Origin: Polyangiaceae bacterium
GTDB lineage: Bacteria; Myxococcota_A; Polyangia; Polyangiales; Polyangiaceae
DNA: 64,000 nucleotides
Direction: 5' to 3'
Assembly (NCBI GenBank): GCA_044222475.1
Contig: JBGANF010000029.1
Span: 8,555 to 72,554 of the forward strand
Below are positions 17,227 to 27,044 of this stretch, piece by piece. The position numbers were made by a program, and so were the translations under genes. Every line of letters starts with the position of its first letter. Position 1 is the first letter of the stretch. The notes under the pieces are model-generated. The model was given only the letters and a program-made list of their open reading frames with translations. It was not told the DNA's origin and made no database searches.

Positions 17227-19647
17227 TCAGGGAGCCTTCGCGTCGCGCAGGACGAACACCGGCGTCGCCGCGCCGGGGACCGAGGTCTGCTGGTAGTTCG
17301 AGTGGATCCAGTGGTCGACCTCGGGCCCGAAGTCGGTCGTGTACGCCCCGATGATCACCCGCGGACGATTGTCGACCAGGGCGCCGAACGCCTCGGCCTT
17401 CTGCGCATCGGTTTGGCACTCGTGCGGCACGTCGAACGGGACCGCGTTCCGGCGGTTCGACAGGAACGCCTCGATGCCCCCGCCGAGCAGCCACGTCGTC
17501 GCGAGGATCGGCTCGTTCGGCTGCGTGTGGGTCATCGCGTAGCGCGCGAGCGCGAGGTGCTCCTCCTCGACGAGCATGTCCCCGGCGCGCGGCACGTCGG
17601 CATGGACGTACTTGTCGCCGAACGACGGACGCTCCTCGCCGCTCGTGAGCCGCGCGAGCCGCGTCGTCAGCGGGCGGCCCGCGCCGGTCAGCAGCCACGC
17701 TGCCGCGAGCGCTCCCGCGAAGAGACTCCCGATCCGACCCGTCGTCACCGGCAGTCGCGCGTGACCCGCTTCGTCGACCATCGCCGCGACGAGGACCACG
17801 CACGGCCCCGACGCATTCGCGATGTGCCATCCGTCGGCCGAGACGAGCGGGTGCCGCATCGCGAGCGCCACGAACGTCGACAGCGCGAGCAGCATGCTCG
17901 ACCTCCGTGTCCACCCGCGGAGTACGCCGGTCGCCACCGCGCACCCGATCCCGACGAGCGGGATCGCCGGGACGACGAGGTAGTCGAGCATCGACGTACC
18001 AAGTTGGTCCTGACGCACCTCGAGCAGCGCCGTCTTGTCGACGAGGGTCGCGATCTCGAGCGGGTAGGGCTCCACCGCGGTGCGCAAGAGCCCCGCACCC
18101 ACGCGCACCGACCAGCGCGCGCCCATCACGAGCCCGCCGAGCTTGCCAAATGCCAAGTACACGACGACGAAGATGCCCATCGGGATCGCGAGACCGGCGA
18201 GGTAGTCCCCGAGCCTCGTCGCGGTCGCACCCAACTTGGAGCGCTGCGTCCCACGTCCGGCGAAATGCTCGGACGCGAGGCCGAGGAGCGTCGCCGCCGT
18301 CGCGAGCACCCCGAAGTCGTGGCTGTAGAGCGTGGCGAGCCCCGCCACGATTCCGGCGCCGCGCACCCGCCAGCGCGCGTTGCCGCCTTCGCTCCGCGTG
18401 AGCGCGAGCACGACCGAGAGCGTCGCCAACCCCGCCCGCAGCTCGTCGACCCAGCCGAGCGCGATCGTCCCGGCGTAGTTCACGAGCGCGACCGCGGCCG
18501 AGTGCGACAACAAGAGCACCGCCGCGAGCGCGGTGATCGCGATGCGACCGCGCGCGGCGCGTCGCGCGGCGGCGATCAAGAGGAGCACCCCGAGGATGTT
18601 CACCGTCACCTGCGCCAAACGAACGTGCTCGAGCGTCAGGCCTCCGTACAGCCACGCGATCGCCCCGAGCGTGTACTCGCGCAGCGGACCGTAGATGAAC
18701 CCCGCGTCGGCCATCATGAGTCGACCGTGCACGAAGCTGTTGATCCATCCGAGGTGCTGGCTCTCGTGCCCGCCCGAGTCGGCGGCGGGGAGATCGCGGA
18801 AGCGCATCGGCATGATGAACAGAAACGTCGCCGCGGTGAGCGCGACGTCGACGCCCCAGCGATCGCGTGCGCGCGCGAGCCCTTCACCGATGAAGCGCCA
18901 TCGGCGCGCGACGACGAACGTGACGACGACGAGCGCGACGACCCACCACGGGCTCGTGAGCGTGGGCGCGCGCCGCAACCCCAAGAGCGGCAGGAGCAGC
19001 ACCGGCAACGCCGCGCGCGACACCTCGTCTCCCAACGCCGGCTGCGAGACCGAGAAGAGCGCCCCTCCGGCGAACCCGAGCGCGAACGCCGGGACGAACA
19101 GCGCGGCTGCGGTCTCTCCATACGGAAGCGCGAACGTGAGGAACGCGCACCCCGCCTGCACGCCGAGGACGCACGCCTGGCGCAGCCGAGTGCCTTCGTC
19201 GGGCTGCTCGCGGTACCGCCCGCTCGCGAACAGCGGAGCGAGCGCGATGACCAACGCGAGCGCCGGCCACGTCCAGAACGACGCCATCTTGCGCGCCGTC
19301 ATGCACACCGCGACGACGAGCGGCAGCACCAGCGAAGCGCTGAGCTGACTCTTGAACGAGAAGCGCGACAGCACGCGCAGGATGATCGCGGCGAGCAACG
19401 TTGCGACGCCGAACACGACGCCGCTTACGATGTACGTCGTCGACGGCACCGCCGCCTCGATCGCGAGGACCCGCTCCGCCGGCTCGAGCTTCGAGGCCGG
19501 CACGTGCGCCGCGAGATCGCGCGCCCACACGATCACGTGGGCGCGCAGCCGAAGCAGAAGCAACAGCCCGGTGCAGAACACGACGATGCCGTCGGTGCTT
19601 CGAAGGAGCCACGGGAGGTACTTGCGAGCGTTCCAGCGAACGTTCAT
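17227..19647 (-). CDS. Polytopic membrane protein, GT-C-like
   Basis: 806 aa with many TM helices; HESQHLG...DAGFIYGPL. Confidence 0.6.
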   Translation of the reverse strand: MNVRWNARKYLPWLLRSTDGIVVFCTGLLLLLRLRAHVIVWARDLAAHVPASKLEPAERVLAIEAAVPSTTYIVSGVVFGVATLLAAIILRVLSRFSFKSQLSASLVLPLVVAVCMTARKMASFWTWPALALVIALAPLFASGRYREQPDEGTRLRQACVLGVQAGCAFLTFALPYGETAAALFVPAFALGFAGGALFSVSQPALGDEVSRAALPVLLLPLLGLRRAPTLTSPWWVVALVVVTFVVARRWRFIGEGLARARDRWGVDVALTAATFLFIMPMRFRDLPAADSGGHESQHLGWINSFVHGRLMMADAGFIYGPLREYTLGAIAWLYGGLTLEHVRLAQVTVNILGVLLLIAAARRAARGRIAITALAAVLLLSHSAAVALVNYAGTIALGWVDELRAGLATLSVVLALTRSEGGNARWRVRGAGIVAGLATLYSHDFGVLATAATLLGLASEHFAGRGTQRSKLGATATRLGDYLAGLAIPMGIFVVVYLAFGKLGGLVMGARWSVRVGAGLLRTAVEPYPLEIATLVDKTALLEVRQDQLGTSMLDYLVVPAIPLVGIGCAVATGVLRGWTRRSSMLLALSTFVALAMRHPLVSADGWHIANASGPCVVLVAAMVDEAGHARLPVTTGRIGSLFAGALAAAWLLTGAGRPLTTRLARLTSGEERPSFGDKYVHADVPRAGDMLVEEEHLALARYAMTHTQPNEPILATTWLLGGGIEAFLSNRRNAVPFDVPHECQTDAQKAEAFGALVDNRPRVIIGAYTTDFGPEVDHWIHSNYQQTSVPGAATPVFVLRDAKAP

Positions 19648-21569
19648 GGCGCGGGATCCAGCCGAACGGGGTTCCCCCGAGCCTCGTAGAACGACCGATC
19701 CGGAAACGTGTCACGCAAGCACTGGCGATCCTCGGCCGTGACCGGCTGGGCCACGAGCACGTTCTGCTTCGGGTAGAGATCGAGCGGCAAGTTGATCGTG
19801 TAGTCGAGCGGACCTCGCTCGCCGACGCCGGCCGACACGAACACGATCGCGTGCCGCAGACCGGCGTCGTGCGCGCGGTCCGAGATCTCCTCGAGCTTCA
19901 TCACCGAGTCGGTGTTCATCGGGTAGAGGAGCGGCACGAGGAGGAACGTCGCGACGAGCGTCGCCGCGGCCCACGCCGCGGTCGCCCGTCCGGGCCGCGC
20001 GATGCGCGCGCCGGCGCGCACGCCGACCGACAGCTGCCCGAGCGCCGCGCCCGTGCCGACCGACCACGCGGCGATGCTCGGCAGCACGTAGCGCGGACCG
20101 TAGCCCCAGTCGAACCCGCGGCCGAAGTTGAGCCACGCGTAGAACGTGAAGAGCGCCGCCAGCGAGGCGAACATCGTCACCACGATCGCGACCGCGTTGC
20201 GCCCGCGCACCATCGCGAACCCGAACAGCGCGAGCGCGGCCGACGCGGGGAACCAGCAGTACGTGCCGGTGCCGAGCGGGATGCCCCACTTCCACTCGCT
20301 GGGCTCGGGCTTCTGGAACTCGAGCTTGACCCACGGGTGCACGATCGACGTGAGCGAGTACCCAGTGGTGAACCACGTCCCGAGCTGACGGTGCAGCACC
20401 CAGAGCGTCCATCCGCCGAGGACGAGCGCGGTGATCGCGCCGGCCACGAACGCGCGCGCGGGGATCTTTCGCTGCACGAGACGGAAGACGAACAAGAGAA
20501 AGAGACCGCCGCCGAGGAGGCACCCGTCCGACGGGCGCGTCGAGACCATCCACGTGAGCGCGAGCCCGAACGCCACGCCCCACAGCGCGCGCGCGCGTGG
20601 GGTCGAGACCTCGCCGCAGCGGAACAGCGTCTCGATCGACCACACGAAGCACGCCGAGACCCAGATGTGCGAGAAGTACGATCCGCCGTTGATGAGGCAC
20701 GTGGAGCTCGCGATCAGCGACGCACCCGCGAGCGCGCCGGCCCACGTGCGCGCCGCCTCCGGCACGAGGCGACGGGCCACCCGCGCGGCGCCGACGGTGA
20801 AGATGCCGAGGCTCGTCGGACCGGCGAGCGGCAGCAGCTTGAGCCACACGAACGGCACCATGAAGAGCGGCCACCCCGGCGTGTACTGGGAGAAGCGGCG
20901 GCCCTGGTAGTCGAAGACCCAGAAGTTCTGGAACGACGAGCCGCACGGGGCCGCGTCGGAGTACGACCGCAGCTTCGCGAGGACGTGAGCTTGAAAGACG
21001 TAGGCCGACTCGTCCGAGCTATCGAGGCCCGAGCGGAGCACGAATCGTCCGACCAGCGCGGCGAGCAGCACCGCCGCGACGAAGAGGACGAGGTCCTGAA
21101 TCGCCTCGATCTCGCGACCGGCCGCGCTCTCGCGCTTGGCCGCCGCCGGCGGCACGTTTCGCGCGCACGCCCCGAGCACGAGGAGCGTTCCACATAGATG
21201 TAGACTGCACAGTTCGAACGCGGAGTCGACGAGGTATCCGTCGAGCCAACGCAACCCGAGGAGGACGACGACCGCGAGGAGCTTCGACGCGATCCCACCG
21301 CGCGCGAAGATCGCGCCGCCGAGCATCGCCCACGAGCCGTAGCGGAGCAGGTCGAGCCAGAGCTCCGGCGACGGGTGTCCCTTCATCGAGAGCACGAGGG
21401 GCACGATCGACGGCGCGAACGCGGCGCAGCCGATGGCGAACCAGAACACCGGCACCGTCCACCCGATCGCGCGCCGGTGAACCCACGCGAGCGCCGCTCC
21501 GGTCACGCCGATCGCGGTCTGCGCGATGATGAAGCTCTCGCCGGGGCTGGGCGTGTACGGCGTGTGCAC
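19644..21569 (-). CDS. GT-C-like membrane glycosyltransferase
   Basis: SSDESAYVFQA, FSQYTPGWP, TRPSD, YGPRYVLP; start uncertain (ORF extends to 21650). Confidence 0.65.
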   Translation of the reverse strand: MHTPYTPSPGESFIIAQTAIGVTGAALAWVHRRAIGWTVPVFWFAIGCAAFAPSIVPLVLSMKGHPSPELWLDLLRYGSWAMLGGAIFARGGIASKLLAVVVLLGLRWLDGYLVDSAFELCSLHLCGTLLVLGACARNVPPAAAKRESAAGREIEAIQDLVLFVAAVLLAALVGRFVLRSGLDSSDESAYVFQAHVLAKLRSYSDAAPCGSSFQNFWVFDYQGRRFSQYTPGWPLFMVPFVWLKLLPLAGPTSLGIFTVGAARVARRLVPEAARTWAGALAGASLIASSTCLINGGSYFSHIWVSACFVWSIETLFRCGEVSTPRARALWGVAFGLALTWMVSTRPSDGCLLGGGLFLLFVFRLVQRKIPARAFVAGAITALVLGGWTLWVLHRQLGTWFTTGYSLTSIVHPWVKLEFQKPEPSEWKWGIPLGTGTYCWFPASAALALFGFAMVRGRNAVAIVVTMFASLAALFTFYAWLNFGRGFDWGYGPRYVLPSIAAWSVGTGAALGQLSVGVRAGARIARPGRATAAWAAATLVATFLLVPLLYPMNTDSVMKLEEISDRAHDAGLRHAIVFVSAGVGERGPLDYTINLPLDLYPKQNVLVAQPVTAEDRQCLRDTFPDRSFYEARGNPVRLDPAP

Positions 21570-21659
21570 GGGCCCCGAATCTCCGATGCGCGACACGTTT
21601 CGGTCAATGGTTTGGACGAAAAGTTGACCGGCCCCTCGCCCCCTCGGCATCGTGGGACG

Positions 21660-21806
21660 ATGAAGCCCCGCCGAAAGAGCCCCAAGACCGGCGATCGACG
21701 GCTGACCCCCGATCGGCGCGCAGCCGAGGATCGGCGCGTGTTTCCCCGTCCCGAGGGCCGACGCCAGAACGGCGGCCGCCGCGCGACGGATCCGCGCGAC
21801 GCGTAG
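21660..21806 (+). CDS. 48-aa Arg-rich peptide with repeated (D/G)RR motifs
   Basis: MKPRRKSPKTGDRRLTPDRRAAEDRRVFPRPEGRRQNGGRRATDPRDA; fills an otherwise empty intergenic gap. Confidence 0.55.
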   Translation: MKPRRKSPKTGDRRLTPDRRAAEDRRVFPRPEGRRQNGGRRATDPRDA

Positions 21807-21823
21807 CGTCGGCGGTCGACGGC

Positions 21824-22060
21824 CTACTGCTTCTTGGCTTCTTCCGCGTTTTCCTTCGCGATGCGAGCGGCGAAGTCTTCCTGCGTCTCTTCCGGGGCGC
21901 GGAAGCGGTATCCGCCCGAGCTCACCGGCGCGACGTAGTCGCCCGGGCGGCTCGCCGGAGGTGCGTCGTCGTCGGACTGTTGGGCGCGCGCCATCCGAAT
22001 CGCGAACGCGACCGCGACGACGAGGACGATGACGGCCGCGATCCCCAGCGCGACGAGCAT
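21824..22060 (-). CDS. Small membrane-anchored hypothetical protein
   Basis: N-terminal TM MLVALGIAAVIVLVVAVAFAI followed by a charged tail. Confidence 0.6.
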   Translation of the reverse strand: MLVALGIAAVIVLVVAVAFAIRMARAQQSDDDAPPASRPGDYVAPVSSGGYRFRAPEETQEDFAARIAKENAEEAKKQ

Positions 22061-22088
22061 GTCCACGTTGTCCCCCGGGACGCGGCGG

Positions 22089-23264
22089 GTGTCAACGGCG
22101 CACCGATTGACGCGCTTTCTCCAGGGTGCGACAGCTAGTCCCTTGCGAACCCGCACCCGGAACGCGCTGGTCCTCGCCGCGATCGGCGTCCTCGCCGGGG
22201 CGGGGGCGTATTTCGGCGGCAGCCCGCCGACGGAGCGGGCCGCGCTCGACGCGATCCCCGAGCGCACGTTCCTGCTCGTGACGATCGATCTGAAGCGGCT
22301 TCGCGCCTCGCCGCTCGCCGCCGAGCTCGGCGGCTTTCGCGAAGTGTCGGACGTGTCGTCGCTGTGCGGCTTCGATCCCCTCGAGCGCGCCCGCGAAGTC
22401 GTGATCGCCGTCCCCGAAGAAGAGAGCGGCGAGTTCGGCCTCGCCGTCACGCACGATCTCACGCGCGACGAGGTCGCGGCGTGTGCTCGGAAGATCGCCG
22501 ACTCGCGCGGCGACGGCTCGACGGTGCGCGAAGAGGGCGCCTACGCGATCCTCGAACCGAAGGAGTCCATCGAACCCGGACCCAAGGGCCAGATCGTCTA
22601 TCGACAGGGCGCGCCACTCCTCGTCGGTCGCGGCGCGTGGATGACGAAGATGCGCGGGGCGCTGGATGGCACGGAGCCTCGCGTCGCCGCCCAGAAGGCG
22701 CACAGCGCGCTGCGCGAGGTCGCTGGTGCGAACGCCGTCGGCGACGCGAGGCCCACGCTCGTCGCGACCGCGGTTCTCCCGAAGGCCCTGCGCGAGCGGC
22801 TCCGGCGGCAGATGGTGACCGAGACCGAAGGCTCCAAGGGCGCGGCGACGATGGATGCCATCCTCGCCGTCGGCGAGGTGGCGCTCGCCATCCGCACGAC
22901 GACCGAGGGCGCCCCGGTGAAGGTCTTCGCCGAGCTGCGCTGCGAGAAGCCGGGCGCATGCGAGACGGTGCGCGGCTTCATCGATCGGAAACGGAAGGCG
23001 TTCGCCGCCGATCCGCTGGTGAAGCTCATGGGCTTCGGACCCATGCTCGACGCCGTGACGCTCGAGGTGAACGGCGAGGTCCTCGACGCCGAGGTCGAGT
23101 GGTCCGCCGCGGACTTCCGCCGCGCCGCTTCGGCGCTGAAACGTGCAGCTTTTCCCGCCGAGTCGCCCTCGCTTCCCCCGCCGAGCGCATCTGTCCCACC
23201 TGTCCCGAAACCGACAGCTTCGGCCGACGAGGTGGTCCGGCCACCCCAGGCTCGGGACCGGTGA
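22089..23264 (+). CDS. Hypothetical membrane-anchored or exported protein
   Basis: Hydrophobic N-segment ALVLAAIGVLAGAGAYF, normal codon pattern; start uncertain. Confidence 0.6.
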   Translation: MSTAHRLTRFLQGATASPLRTRTRNALVLAAIGVLAGAGAYFGGSPPTERAALDAIPERTFLLVTIDLKRLRASPLAAELGGFREVSDVSSLCGFDPLERAREVVIAVPEEESGEFGLAVTHDLTRDEVAACARKIADSRGDGSTVREEGAYAILEPKESIEPGPKGQIVYRQGAPLLVGRGAWMTKMRGALDGTEPRVAAQKAHSALREVAGANAVGDARPTLVATAVLPKALRERLRRQMVTETEGSKGAATMDAILAVGEVALAIRTTTEGAPVKVFAELRCEKPGACETVRGFIDRKRKAFAADPLVKLMGFGPMLDAVTLEVNGEVLDAEVEWSAADFRRAASALKRAAFPAESPSLPPPSASVPPVPKPTASADEVVRPPQARDR

Positions 23265-23347
23265 CGGGACCCCCCTGGTCCATCGGGCGGGATAGATTTT
23301 GCCCCCTCCCAGGGTTACCTTACGAAGACCCAACGAGGTTCAAGTCC

Positions 23348-23668
23348 ATGTCCAAGAACGTCCTGTCCCTGTCCGACACGAATTTCGACGCCGAGGTGCT
23401 CAAGGCCGATGCCCCGGTCCTGGTCGACTTCACCGCGACGTGGTGCGGCCCGTGCAAGCAGCTGGCCCCCATCGTCGACAAGATCGCTGACGAGAACGTG
23501 GGGAAATACAAGGTCGCCAAGGTCGACATCGACGATTGCCCGGGAATCGCGCAGCGCTTCCGCATCAAGGGCGTCCCGACCGTCATGGTCTTCAAGGGTG
23601 GGCAAGTGAAGGGCCAGCACGTGGGCGTCACGAACAAGGAGACGCTCCTCAAGCTTCTCGAGAGCTGA
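23348..23668 (+). CDS. trxA: Thioredoxin
   Basis: PVLVDFTATWCGPCK, GVPTVMVFKGG; 106 aa. Confidence 0.95.
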   Translation: MSKNVLSLSDTNFDAEVLKADAPVLVDFTATWCGPCKQLAPIVDKIADENVGKYKVAKVDIDDCPGIAQRFRIKGVPTVMVFKGGQVKGQHVGVTNKETLLKLLES

Positions 23669-23704
23669 GGCGTCCGGGTACAGGGGGATGGGGAGCCGCG
23701 TAGT

Positions 23705-25834
23705 TTGAACCTAGCCATCGATCCGAGGCTGATCGCCCTCCGCGACAGCCTCCCCGGTCAAGTCCTGCGCGGCAGCGGGCGGGTGCAGTACTACCTTCGC
23801 GAGCGGATCGGCGAGGGTGGGCAGGGTTGGGTGTTCACCGCCAACTGGGACGAGCCGGGCGGATTCGTCGTCATCGCCAAGGTCCTCCGGCCGGACGCGG
23901 TCAACGCCGACACGCTGCGGCGCTTCCAGCGCGAAGCCGACGTGCTTCGCATGTTGTCCCAATCTGGGACACCGAATCCGCACGTCGTACGCTTCTACGA
24001 TCACGCGACGGCCGTCCTCAAGTCGCCGAAAGGGACCGACACGTACACGCTCCCGTTCACGATCATGGAGTACGTGAACGGGCTCACGCTCGAGCAGGTG
24101 ATCGACAGCCAACCGGGGCGCGGGCTCGCCGTCGAGCGCACGCGCCGGATCTTGCGTCAGGTATCCCAGGCGCTCGAGATCGTGCACGCGAAGAAGGTCA
24201 TCCACCGCGACCTCAAGCCCTCGAACATCCTCCTCGCGCTCGAGGCCGGGACCGAGATCGCGAAGGTCACCGATTTCGGCCTCGTGAAGCTCGTCGACAT
24301 GAACATGCAGCGCACGGCCACGCTCGCCGGCGCGTCGCTCGGCTACGCCCCGCCCGAGCAGTACGAGCAGGGGAACAAACGCGTCGGCGAGCGGACCGAC
24401 GTGTTCTCCCTCGCGGCGATCACGTTCGAGATGCTCACCGGGAAGATGGCGTTCCCGTACAAGGACGGCGAGAACCCGCTCCTGATCGTGACGCGCATCC
24501 TGAACGAGACGCGGCCGTCGCTCGCGAAGAGCGCCGAGAACCTCCCGCAGCAGCTGCGCGAGCGGCCCGACCTGATCGGCGTGCTCGACTCCCACATCAC
24601 CCGCGCGCTTTCCGCCGATCCCACCGCGCGTCACGCGAGCGTGTCCGAGTTCTTCGGCGCCATCGAGCCGGTGCTCCGCACCGCGTCGGAAGCCGGGCGC
24701 GGATCCGGAGCGCCGCCGTCGCGCGCGCTGCCCTTCTCCGAGACGGTGCCCGCGTCGATGCAGACGCCCGACCTCCGCCCCTCCCAAGTGCCGGTGATCA
24801 TGCCCGCCGTGCCCGACCGCATGAGCGCGATCCCGGTCACGTCGGGCGGTGACCGCATGAGCTTCACCCCGGGCGCGGCGCGCCCGGCCGACCGACCCAG
24901 CGTCGAGTTGCGCAACGTGAGACCCCAGGGCGACACGTCGAACCCCTCGCTCTGGTCGTGGCGCATCCAGACGCCCAGCATTCAACCGCACGTGATCCGA
25001 GCGGCGGCGTTCGCGCCCGACGGAGAGACCGGCGCGGGCATCGGTCCGCGCGGGCTCGCTCGATGGGAGCGCGAGGCGTGGGTCGCGGTCACGCTCCCGG
25101 CCGCGTTCAGCGCAGCGCGCGTCCACTGCATGGCTCGATACCCCAACGGCGACCTGCTGCTCGCCGGCGAGGGTGTCGTCGTTCGCCTCGCGAACGGCAA
25201 CCTCGACGTGATGCCGATGCCGGATCCCGAGCTGATCCTGCGCGGTGCCCTGATCGAAGGCGACACGGTGACGCTCGTCGGAGACCGCCCGGACCGAACG
25301 CGGCTCGGCGGGCCCGCGGGCAGCCGCGTCGGTTGCGTGGTTCAGTTCCAGGGTCGCCGCCTCGCGATGCTGCTCGACGTTCCGTCGGCACCTCCGCTCC
25401 GCGCGGTGGCCCGCGTGGGCACGCGCTACTTGGCGTGCGGCGACCTCGGAGTGGTCGTCGCGGTCGAGAACGGGGCCGTCGCCGCGGTGAGCACGCTCTG
25501 CACCGGCGAGCTCTTCGCGATCGCGGCCATCCCGGGCGGCGGCGCGGTGACGGTCGGCATCGGAGGACACGCGCTCTCGGTCGACGCGTCGGCGGTCGGG
25601 CACCTCGAGGCCGTCCAAACCACGTCGGACCTCGTGTCGCTCTCGGTCACGAGCGAGGGCACGGCCTGGGCTGGGGCGACGCGCTCCCGCATCCTGCGTC
25701 GCACCGGCGACAGCTGGGTTCGCATGTCGACCGAGGTGGGCCTCTCTTCCACCGGCCTCGCCATCGTGGCGCTCCCGCGCGTCGTCCGCGCCATCTGCGA
25801 CGACGGCGCCATCATGGAGGGACGGCTTCCCTGA
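23705..25834 (+). CDS. Hanks-type Ser/Thr protein kinase with C-terminal beta-propeller-like region
   Basis: IGEGGQGWV, HRDLKPSN, DFG, GYAPPE, DVFSL. Confidence 0.9.
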   Translation: MNLAIDPRLIALRDSLPGQVLRGSGRVQYYLRERIGEGGQGWVFTANWDEPGGFVVIAKVLRPDAVNADTLRRFQREADVLRMLSQSGTPNPHVVRFYDHATAVLKSPKGTDTYTLPFTIMEYVNGLTLEQVIDSQPGRGLAVERTRRILRQVSQALEIVHAKKVIHRDLKPSNILLALEAGTEIAKVTDFGLVKLVDMNMQRTATLAGASLGYAPPEQYEQGNKRVGERTDVFSLAAITFEMLTGKMAFPYKDGENPLLIVTRILNETRPSLAKSAENLPQQLRERPDLIGVLDSHITRALSADPTARHASVSEFFGAIEPVLRTASEAGRGSGAPPSRALPFSETVPASMQTPDLRPSQVPVIMPAVPDRMSAIPVTSGGDRMSFTPGAARPADRPSVELRNVRPQGDTSNPSLWSWRIQTPSIQPHVIRAAAFAPDGETGAGIGPRGLARWEREAWVAVTLPAAFSAARVHCMARYPNGDLLLAGEGVVVRLANGNLDVMPMPDPELILRGALIEGDTVTLVGDRPDRTRLGGPAGSRVGCVVQFQGRRLAMLLDVPSAPPLRAVARVGTRYLACGDLGVVVAVENGAVAAVSTLCTGELFAIAAIPGGGAVTVGIGGHALSVDASAVGHLEAVQTTSDLVSLSVTSEGTAWAGATRSRILRRTGDSWVRMSTEVGLSSTGLAIVALPRVVRAICDDGAIMEGRLP

Positions 25835-25835
25835 C

Positions 25836-27044
25836 GTGGAACAGGTGACCTCCTCCGCACCGCCGGTCGCGACCCGCGCCATCGGCAAGCGGCCGCGGCT
25901 GTCGCGGTTTCTCTGGATCCTCCTCACGCTCACCGCGCTCGCGCACCTGCCCGCGGCGATCGGCGCGACGGAGGCGTTCGCCCGGTGGGGGCTGCCGGTG
26001 CCCTGGGCGTGGGGTCTCGTCCTCTACGTCGGCGGCACGGGCCTGTTCCTCGGCCGCGCGAGCATCGGCATCGCCGACCATCGCCGGCACATGCTCATGC
26101 TCCGGCTCGTCGACGTCCCGTACTTCGTGCACTGGTGCGCGTGCCTCTTCGCGTTGATCCCGTCCGTCGTGGCGCTCGTCGTGTCGCCCATCCTCGACGT
26201 CACGCGGGGCGACCCGATCGGCCTACCGCGCGACGCGTTCATGTGGAGCTACGGTGCCGGGCTCCTCGCGTGCGGTTGGGGCGTCGTGATCCGGCGACGC
26301 CTGTTCACGATCGATCGCGTCGAGGTCGAGGTGAAGGGGCTCGATCCGGCGTTCGACGGGTACCGCATCGCGCAGCTCTCGGATCTCCACATCGGAGCGC
26401 TCACGCCGAAGGAGTGGGGCCTGCGTTGGACGGCGGCGGCGAACGCGCTCGAGCCCGACATGGCCGTCGTCACCGGCGACATGGTGACGAGCGGTGTCGA
26501 GTTCCACCGCGACATCGCGGAGATCGTCGGCACGCTCAAGGCCAAGGACGGCGTGCTCGTGTCGATGGGGAACCACGACTACTTCGGCAACGGCGAGCCG
26601 CTGATTTCGCTGCTCGAGAAGGCCGGCGCGGTCGTCCTCCGCAACGACGGGCTCACGCTCGCGCGCGACGACGCCAAGCTGTTCGTCGCCGCCATCGACG
26701 ACACGTGGACCCAGCGGGCCGACATGGATCGCGCGCTCCGCGATCGGCCCGAGGGCGCACGCACGGTGCTTCTCGCCCACGATCCGGACCAGTTCGGAGC
26801 GGCCGCCAAGCGTGACGTCGACGTCGTCTTGAGCGGGCACACGCACGGCGGACAAGTTGCGCTCCCGTTCTTCGCGCGACACGTGAACCTGAGCAAGCTC
26901 AACCACAAGTACCATCTTGGTACATATCGTCGCGGCAAGAGCACGCTCTACGTTCACCCCGGGCTCGGCACGACCGGTCCGCCGATCCGCATCGGAGTCG
27001 CGCCGGCGGTCGCCCTGATCACGCTTCGGGCGGTGGCGGCATAG
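25836..27044 (+). CDS. Membrane-anchored metallophosphoesterase (YkuE-like)
   Basis: SDLH, TGD, GNHDY, LAHDP, SGHTHGGQ. Confidence 0.9.
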   Translation: MEQVTSSAPPVATRAIGKRPRLSRFLWILLTLTALAHLPAAIGATEAFARWGLPVPWAWGLVLYVGGTGLFLGRASIGIADHRRHMLMLRLVDVPYFVHWCACLFALIPSVVALVVSPILDVTRGDPIGLPRDAFMWSYGAGLLACGWGVVIRRRLFTIDRVEVEVKGLDPAFDGYRIAQLSDLHIGALTPKEWGLRWTAAANALEPDMAVVTGDMVTSGVEFHRDIAEIVGTLKAKDGVLVSMGNHDYFGNGEPLISLLEKAGAVVLRNDGLTLARDDAKLFVAAIDDTWTQRADMDRALRDRPEGARTVLLAHDPDQFGAAAKRDVDVVLSGHTHGGQVALPFFARHVNLSKLNHKYHLGTYRRGKSTLYVHPGLGTTGPPIRIGVAPAVALITLRAVAA

